From the NCBI RefSeq assembly GCF_009914755.1, contig NC_060926.1: 64,000 bases of DNA; one strand, given 5' to 3'. The stretch is from the human T2T-CHM13v2.0 reference genome, Homo sapiens. Position 1 is the stretch's first letter; every line of letters begins with the position of its first letter. The translations under genes and the position numbers were made by a program. This document shows, in pieces, positions 26,231 through 39,730 of this stretch. Below the pieces are notes generated by a model, which did no database searches, was not told the DNA's origin, and saw only the letters and a program-made list of their open reading frames with translations.

Positions 26231-26450
26231 CTTACCTTGAAAACACCATTTTTTCTAAAGAAATCCAAGGCACTAAAACTTTCACTCTCAAGCTGTATTA
26301 TTTTACACATAAGGATATATGCTTAAAAGGAAGCATAACCTCTTTCTGAAATCCTCACAACCAGCTTCAAAACATGTAAATTATAGGAAATAATATTTCA
26401 AAAAAGCCAACAAGTCAGTTCAGATTTTTTTGAGCTGAATATCCTACATA

Positions 26451-26824
26451 CAGTCATGTGTTGCTTAACATCAAGGATACATTCTAAGAAATGTGTCCTT
26501 AGACTATTTCATCGCTGTGTGAACATCATGGATTCTGCTTACACAAACCTAGATGGCATAGCTTACTACACACTTACGCTATAGGGTATATTTATATACT
26601 GTAGCCTAGGAATAACAGGCCTGTATGTAACCTATTGATCCTATGCTACAAACCTGTATAGTATAATACTATAGTGAATACTGTAGGCAACTGTAACACA
26701 ATAGTGAGCATTTTTGTATCTAATCATAGATAAAGTACAATCAAAATAAGGTATTACAATCTTATGGGACAACTCTCATATAAGTAACTCATCAGTGACT
26801 GAAACTTTATGTGGCACATGAGTA
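26451..26824 (+). mobile_element. Tigger3a (MER7A) MITE
   Basis: TA-flanked, cagtcatgtg...cacatgagt terminal inverted repeats; ttacacaaacctagatggcatagc, ctgtaggcaactgtaacacaat. Confidence 0.88.
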
Positions 26825-28180
26825 TATTTGAAAAGAAAGATGCAATAGAATGGCTGCAAGCATATGAAACATCTTCCTCTCCATGACTTGGTTTTAAACT
26901 CACAATAATAGGCATCCTCTTCTGGACCTTGACATCTGTGTGCTGCAGTCTGTTATTTTTCAACTATCTGTTATACTTAGGTCTCCAGATCTGTCAATCT
27001 ACAAGGGCACCAGCTTTCAGAACATTGATAGACCTCCTAATTAATTTGCTATTCCTAAGAATACGTTCAACAGTCTGCTTCATCCACATTGGGGTTTTAT
27101 TTGAACAGTACAGAGCAAAGACATTCTTAACTAAAGCATCTGATTTTCCCAAAGGAAGCACAGATTGAAGGGAAATCTTACGTGATTGTACTATTGCTTA
27201 AAATTGTTGTTGACAATTAAAACTTCAATAATTAAATGTTGCTTTAATTTAAACAAAAAGTTATAATCTTACCAATGATTTATTCTAAAAATGCACTTCT
27301 TTCAGATTCTATTCTCACCAGACGCTTGGTTCTCAATAAAAACTTGGTGGTGATAACACCTAAGAGTATTCATGTTATGGCTTCTAATTAATCAGAAATG
27401 GAGGTGTATTTGTCATGGTCCTTCATATGTGCATGTGTGTATTTGTATGTTTTGGTCCTTTCACTCTTTGCTGCAATCTTGTTTAACTATGTTAAGTGTA
27501 CAATATCAAAACACCATATTTCTTTGAAAAGAAAGGATGTTCTGTTCCATCGTTAAGGTGAGATGCAGATTTCCAATTAAAAAGCAAATCCTATATTTCA
27601 AAAGGTTGAATAAGCTGGTACTTACAGAAGTTCAGCTGGCTAAATTTAGAGCATTGAAAAATATCCAATCCAAGAATAGTCTTTGGCTTCAGGCATGTAA
27701 CATTTTTATTTGATAGTGTATTGGAAAGGAAAAAAAAACCATTCATTTTAAGCTCTTACCCTTCTACATATTGTTCTGTGATAGGTCAATGAGTGTAGAT
27801 GGTGGTGTTGGCTTCAAAACTATAGCTTCCCTTAAGTGGTCTGTTTCAATTTTGTTATGCCAGTTTAAAAAAGCTTTCTGTTTGTAAATGTTTATATTCA
27901 AACTATCCTCTCTTGCCTCTCTAAATTCAACTGTTTTCTTAACTCCACCCAATTTTCGCAACCTCATCTTTGAGCCATGATCCTTCTTCATATATGGTGG
28001 GTTCATAGGTACACAAGTATTATACTCATTGCTGCAGTATGGAATTTTTCTTTGTTGATTTTCCCATTTATTCACTGTCTTCTAATTCATCCAGCTCATA
28101 CTTTGGCTCAGGATATAATCTGCTGTCCATTTCTAACCCCAAATTTCCAGCTGCCATTTCCGTAAATTCACTCTCTTTAT

Positions 28181-28346
28181 CAGTGTTTCTCTAAATGTGC
28201 ATCCAAAAACCTGCAGTGGTGACGAAAATGCCTGTTTCTGGGCCCCATCCCAGACCTGATGAATCAGAATCTCTGGGAGGGAGGCCTGGGGATTTATATT
28301 CATAACAAACTTCTTCCCCAAATATTCTGCAGTTTGAGAACCGCTG
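28181..28346. mobile_element. MER5A (hAT-Charlie)
   Basis: cagtgtttctc...tttgagaaccgctg TIRs; gggccccatcccagacc...gaatcagaatctctggg. Confidence 0.85.
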
Positions 28347-28409
28347 CTCTCTGCTCAGCCATCTTTCAACAATGATAGTAAGTTCATAACTTCTGTTAAA
28401 TCTGTAGTA

Positions 28410-28838
28410 TATGTGGATTACTTAAAGTTGTGCTAGGTGCTGTAATGAATAAAAACCCAAATCTCTGTGGCTTGGCCAAATAGAAGTTGGGGGAGAAATG
28501 TTTTCCTCATCATGTGACTGACATGATGAATCTAATGAACATGTGGCTGAAGCTAACAGAGGCTCCACCCGCTTCAACATGTTTCCCAGGGTCACCCAGG
28601 GCATGAAAATCCAACCAGTCTGCAGTGGGAAACATGGCAGAGAAGCACCTAGGAGATGTTTATGGGCCTGGCCATTTATCACTCCACCCACCTTTGCATG
28701 GCACTAACTTGGGACTCCACTTAGATGTTTCAGAAGTGCTAGAAAATGTAGGTTCTGGGCAGCAGCTTCCTAACCACCACTTTCCACAATGGACATAGAG
28801 AAAAACTCTTTGATAGATCCTTGGCATCTCTGCCGCTA
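28410..28838 (-). mobile_element. MLT1J-family solo LTR
   Basis: gctgtaatgaataaaaacccaaatctctgtggctt...tttatgggcctgg...gcatctctgcc. Confidence 0.65.
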
Positions 28839-29144
28839 TGCACCATCCAGAGGGGAAAGACATAAAGTGTGTGGTTTCAAAACACTCTGTGGAGTATCAG
28901 AGGCCTATTGTTCAATGACCCCCATTTCCAGAACTTCCTACTCAAGCAGAAAAGTCACGGTCTCTGAAGCCTTGTCTCTAGGTATGCTTGAATCCTCAAT
29001 ATTTCTTTTTCTTAATATTTCTCCTTGGCTATCTTAAAATACAGAAAAAGTTTATGATTTTGAAATGCTATATGAATACTATAATATATAAAAAAGTGGG
29101 TGAATCTTTTAATATGTTCTATGTTCCTAGTATTGAAAAATAAG

Positions 29145-29317
29145 TTATATCTCTATATGTATATTTATATGTATATATAATACATATTTTTATATATGGG
29201 TGTATATATTATACATATACATATTTTTATATGTGTATATATTATACATATACATATTTTTATATGTGTATATATATTATACATACATGTATTTTAATAT
29301 GTGTACATATACATATA
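29145..29317. repeat. AT-rich minisatellite, 33-bp unit
   Basis: gtgtatatattatacatatacatatttttatat exact at 29200-29232 and 29233-29265, with degenerate flanking copies. Confidence 0.85.
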
Positions 29318-29474
29318 AATCTACCACTGGATTGTGTATATATGTGCAAAAAAACCCACGGGCAGATATATTTTTCATCATTGTAAACCATTGTCTTATT
29401 CATTTTATTATCAAGAAGACATAGAGCATATCAGCCTAAGAAAAATTAGGGACTGCATGACCAAGTCAACATAG

Positions 29475-29833
<359 letters not shown>

Positions 29834-29979
29834 ATACCACTCTGTTTCTTTCAGATAAAATTGAAGGGAAGAAATCAGCAAAGTTTGAAAAACTGCCATC
29901 AAGTTTAGATACCACCAGTTACACTGAACACTTGAAACAGACATATTATTTTAACAGGCATAGGACTATTCAGAAGTTT

Positions 29980-30186
29980 GACACAGGAAGGGGAACATCA
30001 CACACTGGAGCCTGTCGTGGGGTGGGGGGAGGGGGGGAGGGATAGCATTAGGAGATATACCTAATGTAAATGATGAGTTAATGGGTGCAGCACACCAACA
30101 AGGCACATGTATACATATGTACCAAACCTGCACGTTGTGCATATGTACCTAGAACTTAAAGTATGATTTAAAAAATTTTAAAAAAA
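29980..30186 (+). mobile_element. 5'-truncated young L1PA 3' UTR
   Basis: ggggaacatcacacac...gggatagcattaggagatatacctaatgtaaat...cctagaacttaaagtat plus A tail; TSD agaagttt. Confidence 0.95.
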
Positions 30187-30317
30187 GAAGTTTAACAGTC
30201 TATTTGAAGTTCTCAACTTGCAATGAGCTGTCATTTTTTATTCATGCATTGATTGATTCATTGGTAGTTTACTCAGAAAAATTTCAGAATCAAATGTGCA
30301 TTAGCTTTGCCTTTATT

Positions 30318-30627
30318 TATTTGGTCATTTAACAAATATTCATTGAGCCACTACAAAGTGTCAGACACTTTTCTGAGCACTGAGGAGATAATAACGTACA
30401 AGCCAATCATAAAACAAAAAATGTCAAAAGTAGGGAGAGTGAGTTTATAGACAATGATAGGGGCTATTACGGTAGATAGGATAGTTGGGAAAGGCCTTTC
30501 TGAGCTGTGGATCTTTGAGTAGAAACCCCAGCGAAGGAAGGGTATGTGACTTTTGAATATTCATGAGAGAATTGCATCAGGCAAAGGTAAGAGCAAGTGT
30601 TAATGCTCTGATGGAAAGATACATCTT
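30318..30627 (-). mobile_element. L2 3' end
   Basis: tcatttaacaaatattcattgagc...gggaaaggcctttctgag...caggcaaaggtaagagcaagtg. Confidence 0.78.
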
Positions 30628-30769
30628 ATATGAGAAATCTCTAACATATACACACATAAGAAACCTCTGCCACATAATTTTGGGTAAATATTTCACCTAA
30701 ACGGCATCATCTATCTTAGAAATAGCATAAACTACATACTATTATTTTTCTGCTCTGATAAAACCGTGA

Positions 30770-31288
30770 GTTAGAAACGGTATTCAGCTAGTAATGGAAA
30801 CATTTTAAAAAATAGGAGTGCCAATAAAATATTTTCTTTCCCTCATGTAGATTAAAGTCAGGGAGCAAATATCAGAGGCTGGTACAAGGGCTCTATGGTA
30901 TCATCAACGTTCTGGCATCCTACTTTCTTGCATTGCCATTCTTTGTGCATGGATTCCATCTTCAAGTTTACCTCACAGTCACTATATGGCTACTGCAACT
31001 CTAACCATTTCATCTGTATTCCAGGTAGGACAAAAGGCAAGTAAGTCCTTCCCATCTGAGCCTGTTTTCCAGCTCCCTATCCCTGCTGCCAGCTTCTGAA
31101 GACCTTTCCACAAGTCTGACCTAACAACTTGTACTTACCTGCCCTTAGTCAGTTGGGCCTTATGGCCCCTTTATCTGCAAAAAAGGCTAGAAAATGTATT
31201 TTTACCTGTATACATTGCTTTCCTTAACAAGATCAGAGTTCTATTAGTAAGAATGAAGGAGAGAATCAGTATCAGGTAGACAACTAGG
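30770..31288 (-). mobile_element. MLT1J-like solo LTR
   Basis: atggctactgcaactctaacc...ctgcaaaaaaggctagaaaatgta...gttctattagtaagaatgaaggagagaat...gtagacaactag. Confidence 0.7.
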
Positions 31289-31857
31289 CCCAGGTTCAGT
31301 TATTAAGAGGTGTAAACAAACGACCAACCTCCATTCTCTAACCAATGAGTTTAAAGGCCTATTGCTCTGTTAATTATTTGTCCTCTCTAGGTTATATAAG
31401 ACCTTTCTCAGTGTTTTCATCACTCACTCTTGATGAAACTATGAGACATTTGTCATAATTTCTAATCTCATCAGGTTGTACTCTCTAAGTAAGCCTATAA
31501 ACAGCATCTCTCTTCCTTGAATTGAGAAATAAAATAACACAGTAGCAGACAGAAGCAAAATATCATTTTAGTTACTTATAGAGACCAAGTTAGAGGGTGT
31601 GGTTTCAGGTTTATTAGCCAGTAAGCCAATACTAAACCCCCAAATTATGCAGACTGGCCTACTGGTGATGCTGTACTTTTTCTATAGAACAAGTACACTC
31701 CCAAGCGGCAAACATATTCAGTAATTTTTCACAAATTTAACCATCGGAAAAGCCACTCCACCTTCCCTCTGATGAAGTGTAGAACTAACTGTCACTACCA
31801 CCTGGAAAGAAACCTGAGCCATAGGAAGGAAGTGTTCTCTCCAGCTCTGGTGGAGTC

Positions 31858-32618
<761 letters not shown>

Positions 32619-32727
32619 ATTAAACACTGCTGTTTTTCCTTCTTCAATATTTTTCATTTTTTCCTCCTTATCTAGTCTCAGCTTCAATGAGTATTACCAT
32701 TGAACTTGAAATATTCGCATGTTCTCA

Positions 32728-33162
<435 letters not shown>

Positions 33163-33783
33163 CTAGTCTTCTTTCATAATGACGTAAAATTGTTGTTTTT
33201 ATGCTTTTCTATCAGTTGCAGTCTCCCCTCTATTTTGTGTAACACCAGGTCATTTTTCCTTGTTTATTCTTAGAAATTCTTGTGAAAGTAATTCCTGCTT
33301 CATATAATGAAATTCCTTAACTAGATTGTGTTTTTCTTCTTCCCTTTCTCATCCCTTCCATTTTCCTGCTTCCAGTAAAAAGCTTCCCCAGATGGGCAAC
33401 ACCAGGCCCTAATACTTGGTATTACCATAACGTCACATTTCATCAGCTTCTATTTGTATGTAGTTGTTGTGTGCATTTATTAGTGTATATCACCTAAATA
33501 AGATGGGAATGCTTAACAAAGCTGAGAACCAATATCTTCCCCATTTTTGCCTTTGCTAGTATTGGGAAGGCAGTTCAAAACTGGCTACCATCGTATCTAG
33601 GCACGTAGCACCAAACCCAAGAACCTGCAAATTATCTTCATGCAAAGCTGCATCCCCTGAACTCCAGCAAGAGTTTTGACCTAGATCTCTTCATGATATG
33701 TTAGGGAAAGAAAACATTTAGCATCTAAATCTTCAAAATATTAAGATTACCAGTTTTCTAAGTTAACAAGTCCTCGATTCATT

Positions 33784-34035
33784 CTGGGCTGACTTACTCA
33801 GGAGATAGGAAGCAAAGTGCCTAAGTCCCAAAATACTTTCAGAGGCCCATGAAAATACTTAATTTTAATCAGAAAAAAAAATGTAAACTTAGGTTAAAGA
33901 AAATGTTTTAATATGTAATATTAATATATTCATCTTGATACCAAGGCCATAGTAAAATATAATTAATTTTTATATTGAGGAAGAGAGAGGCAAAGGGAAA
34001 AGAGCTTAGAGCTCATCAAAGTCATAATGTGGCCA
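33784..34035. mobile_element. hAT-Tip100-type MITE, ORSL-like
   Basis: gggctgactta...aagtgccta...ggcccatgaaaat...aaagaaaatgtttta...aaagtcataatgtggcc. Confidence 0.5.
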
Positions 34036-34049
34036 AAAATTTATTAGGC

Positions 34050-34205
34050 TAATTGTTCTCAAAACTTAGAAAGCATTAAAATTTCCGGGGATACTTTTTT
34101 GTAATCCAAACTCTCAGCTACAAAAGCAGTGATTGTTGAGTAGGGCTAGAATAAATCTCAGGAGTCTGCATTTTTGCTGAGCAATTTAGGTAATTCCACT
34201 ATGTA
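34050..34205. mobile_element. MER5-like fragment
   Basis: gttctcaaaactt...gcattaaaatt...caggagtctgcattttt. Confidence 0.45.
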
Positions 34206-35249
34206 CACAATCAGAATAAAACTAAAAAAGTGAAACCAGAAATGAGAAAAAAAAAAAAACAGAAATGATAAAAGTTTCTGTTTCCATGTGGCAAAGTTGA
34301 GAGATGGGACAAGTAAGATATGAGTATGTTGCTTTTTGTTATATCTTTTCTGTCCTAATTGATTTATCCTCACCACATCATACAGCTACCATTAAACTGT
34401 TGGCTCTGTAATCAGCAGCTACCTGATATTCCCTTGAAATTCTTCCATCTGTGGATAGATTATTCTGCAGGGAAGGAGCACAATTTGTTGACTATAAGAA
34501 GACCACTTATATTTAGACACTGGCTAAAACAAGATGTATCAGGCTAGTCTTGAAAACAGCTGAGAGTCCAGTACATTGTACAAATTGTAACTGGTTCTGT
34601 GTACAAATACGACCAGTTGGGTAGATGACTAAAGTACTAAACAAAAATCAAAAGAATGCAGATTTCAAAATAAGAAAATAGAAAGGTTCTTTACTGATCA
34701 TTTTGAATAGCTTTAGCTGCTTCGTTTCCCTAAGAGAAGGGTGAAATCAGAATGTACAAGGTAAACAGAAAATGCGAGATAGTTTGGTTGGAATGAGTGA
34801 TGTTGGAAGTAGCTTCCTGTTACCCATGCACTTATTAAGATGAATCAAAGGACTAACATGGATGGGCTGCTGTCCATGTCTAAGTGTTTAGAGTCTGCAT
34901 CTGATTGCTCACTAGTGATAGAGGGCATGGTAGTTTCTTTCTGCAGCACGTGTCTGACATTTTGGGGAGCTGAAATTTATTGAGAAGTTCAGCAAATTTA
35001 CCCAGCAAAAATCAGCTTCCAGCGAAGCTGGTTACACACAGGCCAGTAAATTATTCTTTAATTAAGATGAACTGAATAACCACCAAAGGATTTGTTAGGG
35101 GGCAGGGTCTGAACAAAGCTGAAAATCGTACCCCAGTATAAATAGGAATGTCTTCCCTAGGAAAGCCCATGACGTGGCCCGCAGCATGAACTGGCATTAG
35201 TGGTTATTCTCTCCGAGTCCTGGGAAGCATAATCCAGTGCTTCATGATT

Positions 35250-35450
35250 GCAAAGTACTTCATAACGTTCATTATTTTATCTTCACAACAAGCCTGTTGG
35301 GCAGCCTGGAGATGTGATTCCCATTTTACACAGGAGGAAACAATCAGAGAGAGATTAAGTAACTCACCCAATGTTCCAGGATGAAAGAGGATAGACAGAC
35401 AAGTCCAATTTTGAGCTGTGAATTTCCAGCACATCATTTAGTTCATTGCC
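35250..35450 (-). mobile_element. MIR
   Basis: tcttcacaacaagcct...cccattttacacaggaggaaac...gagagattaagtaactcaccca. Confidence 0.8.
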
Positions 35451-36839
35451 TTGCTCTCCTAAAATCCCAAAATAAATTTGACTGGCCTGAACACTTAAAG
35501 ATATCATAATTAGTTCAATTGAAGATGTCTTGATAGACAGGAATGCTATTTCCTGTCCACCTCCATCCCCACGGACATGCTCTTTGAAATTTCTTTTCTC
35601 AAGGACAGTGTTGATTTAATTGGAAAGAACTGTGTTCTCGTTTCCTATTTTGGCTACTGAAGTAGCCCCGGCCATATGCACAGTGGCCATCTGGAAAAAT
35701 TCATTCCTAACTTCAGGGAGTATTGCATCAGTTTGCCCTGAAACTGTTTACCCACTGGCTCTGCTCCTCATTTTTAGAAGCAGTGTGATTTCTACTTGGG
35801 TTTACTTGAGATTCTACCTAATAACCAAAACAAACAGTGGTACATAAACCTCCATGGAGAATCAGCACAAAGATTTAAAGAATACTCCCCTGTACTACTC
35901 TATAATTTGTTCTCTTTTTTGCAGTTTTGGGTTTTTTTTAATCAAGAGTTGCTGAAATCAGCTTTTGTTCCATGTGTTCATAACTCCAAGCCTTGTTTTT
36001 TTCCTTTTTTTTCTGATTAAGAAATACTCAAAGGTATAATCAGGTCCTTGCACAGTATTTAATTAGCCATAATTAAAAGACATCTACACAAAGCACAGTG
36101 TTTTCAAAGTCTTTTCTTCTGTTACATTGTTAATGAATTAAGAAATTCATTGGCATTGAGTTACCACAGAAAATGTGGCTAAGAAAATTTTAACTGTCTT
36201 ATAAAATTATCCTTTATTGTAGATGATGTTCTGGCCCTGTATTCAATTCAATATCATTCCCAATCATTAAAAGAAAAAAAAGCAAAACATAAGAATGGTG
36301 GGAAGAAAAGGACAGATAAAGGTATAAAAAATGTTCCCATAGATCCATATTCTAGTAAGAGTGTTTAACATGATCCAAGCTCCAAACTAGTCCAATCGTT
36401 TTTGGAGACTTTTTTAAATCTCCAAATTTCTTAGTAATGGTGGGGAAGGTGAGCACAGGGGCCAAAGGGGTAGCCGGGAGTGCTGGGAAGATGATTCGCT
36501 TATTTTCATACCCAGTAATCTGGCTTTATTGCTTAATAATATGTATGAAAATGTTATACGTATGATTAATTCTATCAACAACAACAAGGTCTCAGGAAGG
36601 ACAGTTTAATAAAGAATTTGAAAGATATTATCTCATGTTTCTATCTTTGGTCTTTCAAAAGGCTGTTTCCTATCGACATATTTAAGCTTCATCCTTCCAC
36701 TTTAAAGATATATACTGACTTTTATTTGGGCAAAAAAGTAGAAATCAAACAAGTATATAGATGAAGGATTTGTATCTGTAGCATTTGAAAAGCTTTTATA
36801 GATCTATAAAATAATACAAAAATACCAATGAAGGTGAGA

Positions 36840-37540
36840 GACAGCAACAATCACACATGAACAATGCTAATGCCTAATAAACATAAAATAGCTCAAAGAA
36901 ATACAAATCAAATTGAGATTTGTATTTCTCCTATACCCTTAACTCCTATATCATTATTAAGAATTTCTTAAAATCTTAATTCCCAGTGTTTGAAGATACT
37001 ATGGTTTCTGTTGGGACTACAAATTGTATCTTTCTGCAGAGCAATTTAGCTATACGTATCAAAACCTTTAGAAATCATCACATGTTTTGACTCAATAATT
37101 TTACTTCTATATAAATTTACTTCTCAATAATTACTTCTTTCTAAAGAAATGTTCAAAGATGAAGGGAAGGCTCTATATAGGTTATTTATCATAGAAAATA
37201 TTATAATAAATTCGTAATATCGAGTTAGAATAACATAAATGCCAAGAGTCAAGTTTAAAATATGTATTGATCACTCATTTAGTTAATTATGGAGCCAATA
37301 AAAATATTTCTAAAGATATGCTGATGAAATAAAGACTTGTGATACAATGTTTTGTGAACAATGGAATATAAATTACATTATCCAAATTTTTAAAAGTCTG
37401 TGTCTAAATATATAGAAAGAAGAGTACAAATACATTAAAATATTAACAGAGGTTGTGTCTGGGTGGCTAAAATTACTGAAAATTTTCTAATTTTTAAAAA
37501 AATGTTCTATGGAAAAAAATGAGCTATTTAATTATTACAA
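36840..37540 (+). mobile_element. L1ME-like ORF2 end and 3' UTR
   Basis: ctttctgcagagcaatttagc...tatcaaaaccttt...tttgactcaataattttacttct...aaaatattaacagaggttgtgtctgggtgg. Confidence 0.72.
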
Positions 37541-37934
37541 AATATAGAATTGATTTTATAAAACAAAGGTCAACATGTTTCTTTGAAGTGACAAATACTA
37601 GAGTATAAGCATATTTTTATAAAATATTTTTAAAATATGTGGACTTCTACCACAATTAAATCTAACTGAAAATATTTAGAATATTTAACATGTGTATCTA
37701 AAGACAGTAATGATTCAGTTTTCAAACCACAGCTATTTTAACATTGTTAAGGGAATCTCTAATAAGTTTAAGAAGACAAATGATATTATCTACCCAGCAT
37801 AATCAGATAGTTTAATTTCTAATTGAACTTTATCTGAAGTCCTTTATATTTTATTAAACAATTCAGAAATCCTCTAATGAATGACTTAGACAAAGTAATT
37901 GCATGTATAGAATGATCAAAGAAATAAAGGATAA

Positions 37935-38150
37935 TGATCATTTTCACATATATTACCATATTTGACCCTCAGATTTGTAAACGGGAATAACGCTCTCCTG
38001 ACTAGAGCTACAGGGAAAGTTGCCAGAGGTAAACTGATGGCATTCCCCAAGGTCTCCTGGCAAGTCAGTGATGGAACCAGGATTTTGACTTTGTACCTCC
38101 GTTTTCTAATCTTGGACCAAAGTCCAGAGTTTGTGCCAATGTACCATGCT
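37935..38150 (-). mobile_element. MIR
   Basis: ttttcacatatattaccatatttgaccctca...cccaaggtctc...caagtcagtgatggaaccagga. Confidence 0.65.
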
Positions 38151-38313
38151 GACACCCTAAAATAATTATTATCTCTTAATTAGTCATGTGATGTTATCAA
38201 GAACATTTGCTCTTAAACTATAACATCATCTATATTAGTGAGTTTGACAGACAACCCGTATTTCTATTGAACAGCCTTGGAGACAGTCATGAGCCTCAAG
38301 CAGGCTCTGTTTT

Positions 38314-38327
38314 CCGCTAGATGGCAC
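38314..38327 (+). promoter_or_regulatory. CTCF core motif
   Basis: ccgctagatggcac matches CCRSYAGRKGGCRS at all 14 positions, in apparently non-repetitive sequence. Confidence 0.55.
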
Positions 38328-38454
38328 ATAGCCTGCTTCTCTTCTGGGGAATGGGTTTCAAGGAATTTGCAGCTAGTTGCCACATTTTTCTTTAATGAAA
38401 TTCAAGCAAAATCTTATTAGATGTTATATTCACATTGTTTAAAAAGCCCATTAA

Positions 38455-38790
<336 letters not shown>

Positions 38791-39417
38791 CTTCTGTGCA
38801 CTTTTAAATGATATACTTAGCTTTATTTCTTATTCTAAAACTACAGAAATTTTCTCTGGATTCGCCATTTGGTAAGATGAAGATGCTACTGTCTCTCCCC
38901 TTTTCATCCCACATTTTCCCTGTCTACTCCCAAACTGCCATTTCTACTTTTTATTGTCAAGGTTGATAACATTTACAGTTTCCTATCAAGCTTTGCTCAT
39001 AGGATGATTCTAAATGATGGAATTATAAACACATTGATAATTTATTTTTCACTAACAACCAAGTAGTTAACTACGATTACATTTTCCTTCCTGTGTAACT
39101 AGTGTGAATTTGTTCTATCCTAGAGTTTCCAATTTCCTTTTCCCCATATTTTCCTTTTTTTCATAAGAATCCTTGACTTTTCTTCTAAGACTTCCATAGA
39201 TTTGTAAAAGTCATATTTTAAATTCCAAGGGCTCCTTCACGTTTTTAGATTTTTGTTTGTATGTAATAGCCTATTCTTTTTCAATGAAGATTTTGGGGCA
39301 ATTTTGTGTTTTTTTGGTTTGTTTCTGTTTTTGTTTTGCAAATTTACTGGAGAATTTAATCTGAGTTTTACTGTGGAAGTTCTGACCCATTCCCTAAAAG
39401 AGTTCGATTCCTCAATG

Positions 39418-39520
39418 GTTTTTCTTTTTTTCCTTTCCTTCTCCCTCCCTCCTCCTTTTCTTCCCTCCCTTCCTCCTTCTTGTCTTGCCTTGCCTTTCCT
39501 TGTCTTTCTCTTTCATTTTC
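39418..39520. repeat. Pyrimidine-rich low-complexity tract
   Basis: tttttcctttccttctccctccctcctccttttcttccctccc... Confidence 0.85.
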
Positions 39521-39730
39521 TGGGCAGAGCAGACCACAGAATGCTCACCCCTCTCTGGAATCACTCTGAGGGGAGATTTCTCACTGAATTGCCAGAGTTC
39601 CCCAGTGGGATTCTGCTCCAGATGCACACAGGCTTGAGCCTCTTTCCCTTCCTAGTCTCACTTCCCCACTTTCACACTGGCATTTCTAGAAATCACCTCC
39701 CATATAAACTGCTCGCATCTAAACTGAGAC
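39520..39730 (+). mobile_element. LTR16-family (ERVL) 3' part
   Basis: ccagagttccccagtgggatt...cttccccactt...atcacctcccatataaactgctcgca. Confidence 0.72.

Noticed and set aside
25330-27350. Isolated acceptor-like sites near 25359 and 27305 and a minus-strand donor near 26236
   Set aside because: No convincing partner site; such motifs are expected by chance in 64 kb
29200-29300. Regularly spaced repeats as a CRISPR-like array
   Set aside because: Head-to-tail low-complexity units with no unique spacers, in primate DNA
36897-36929. 13-bp hairpin agaaatacaaatc / gatttgtatttct as a miRNA precursor
   Set aside because: Too short, AT-rich and inside an L1ME relic
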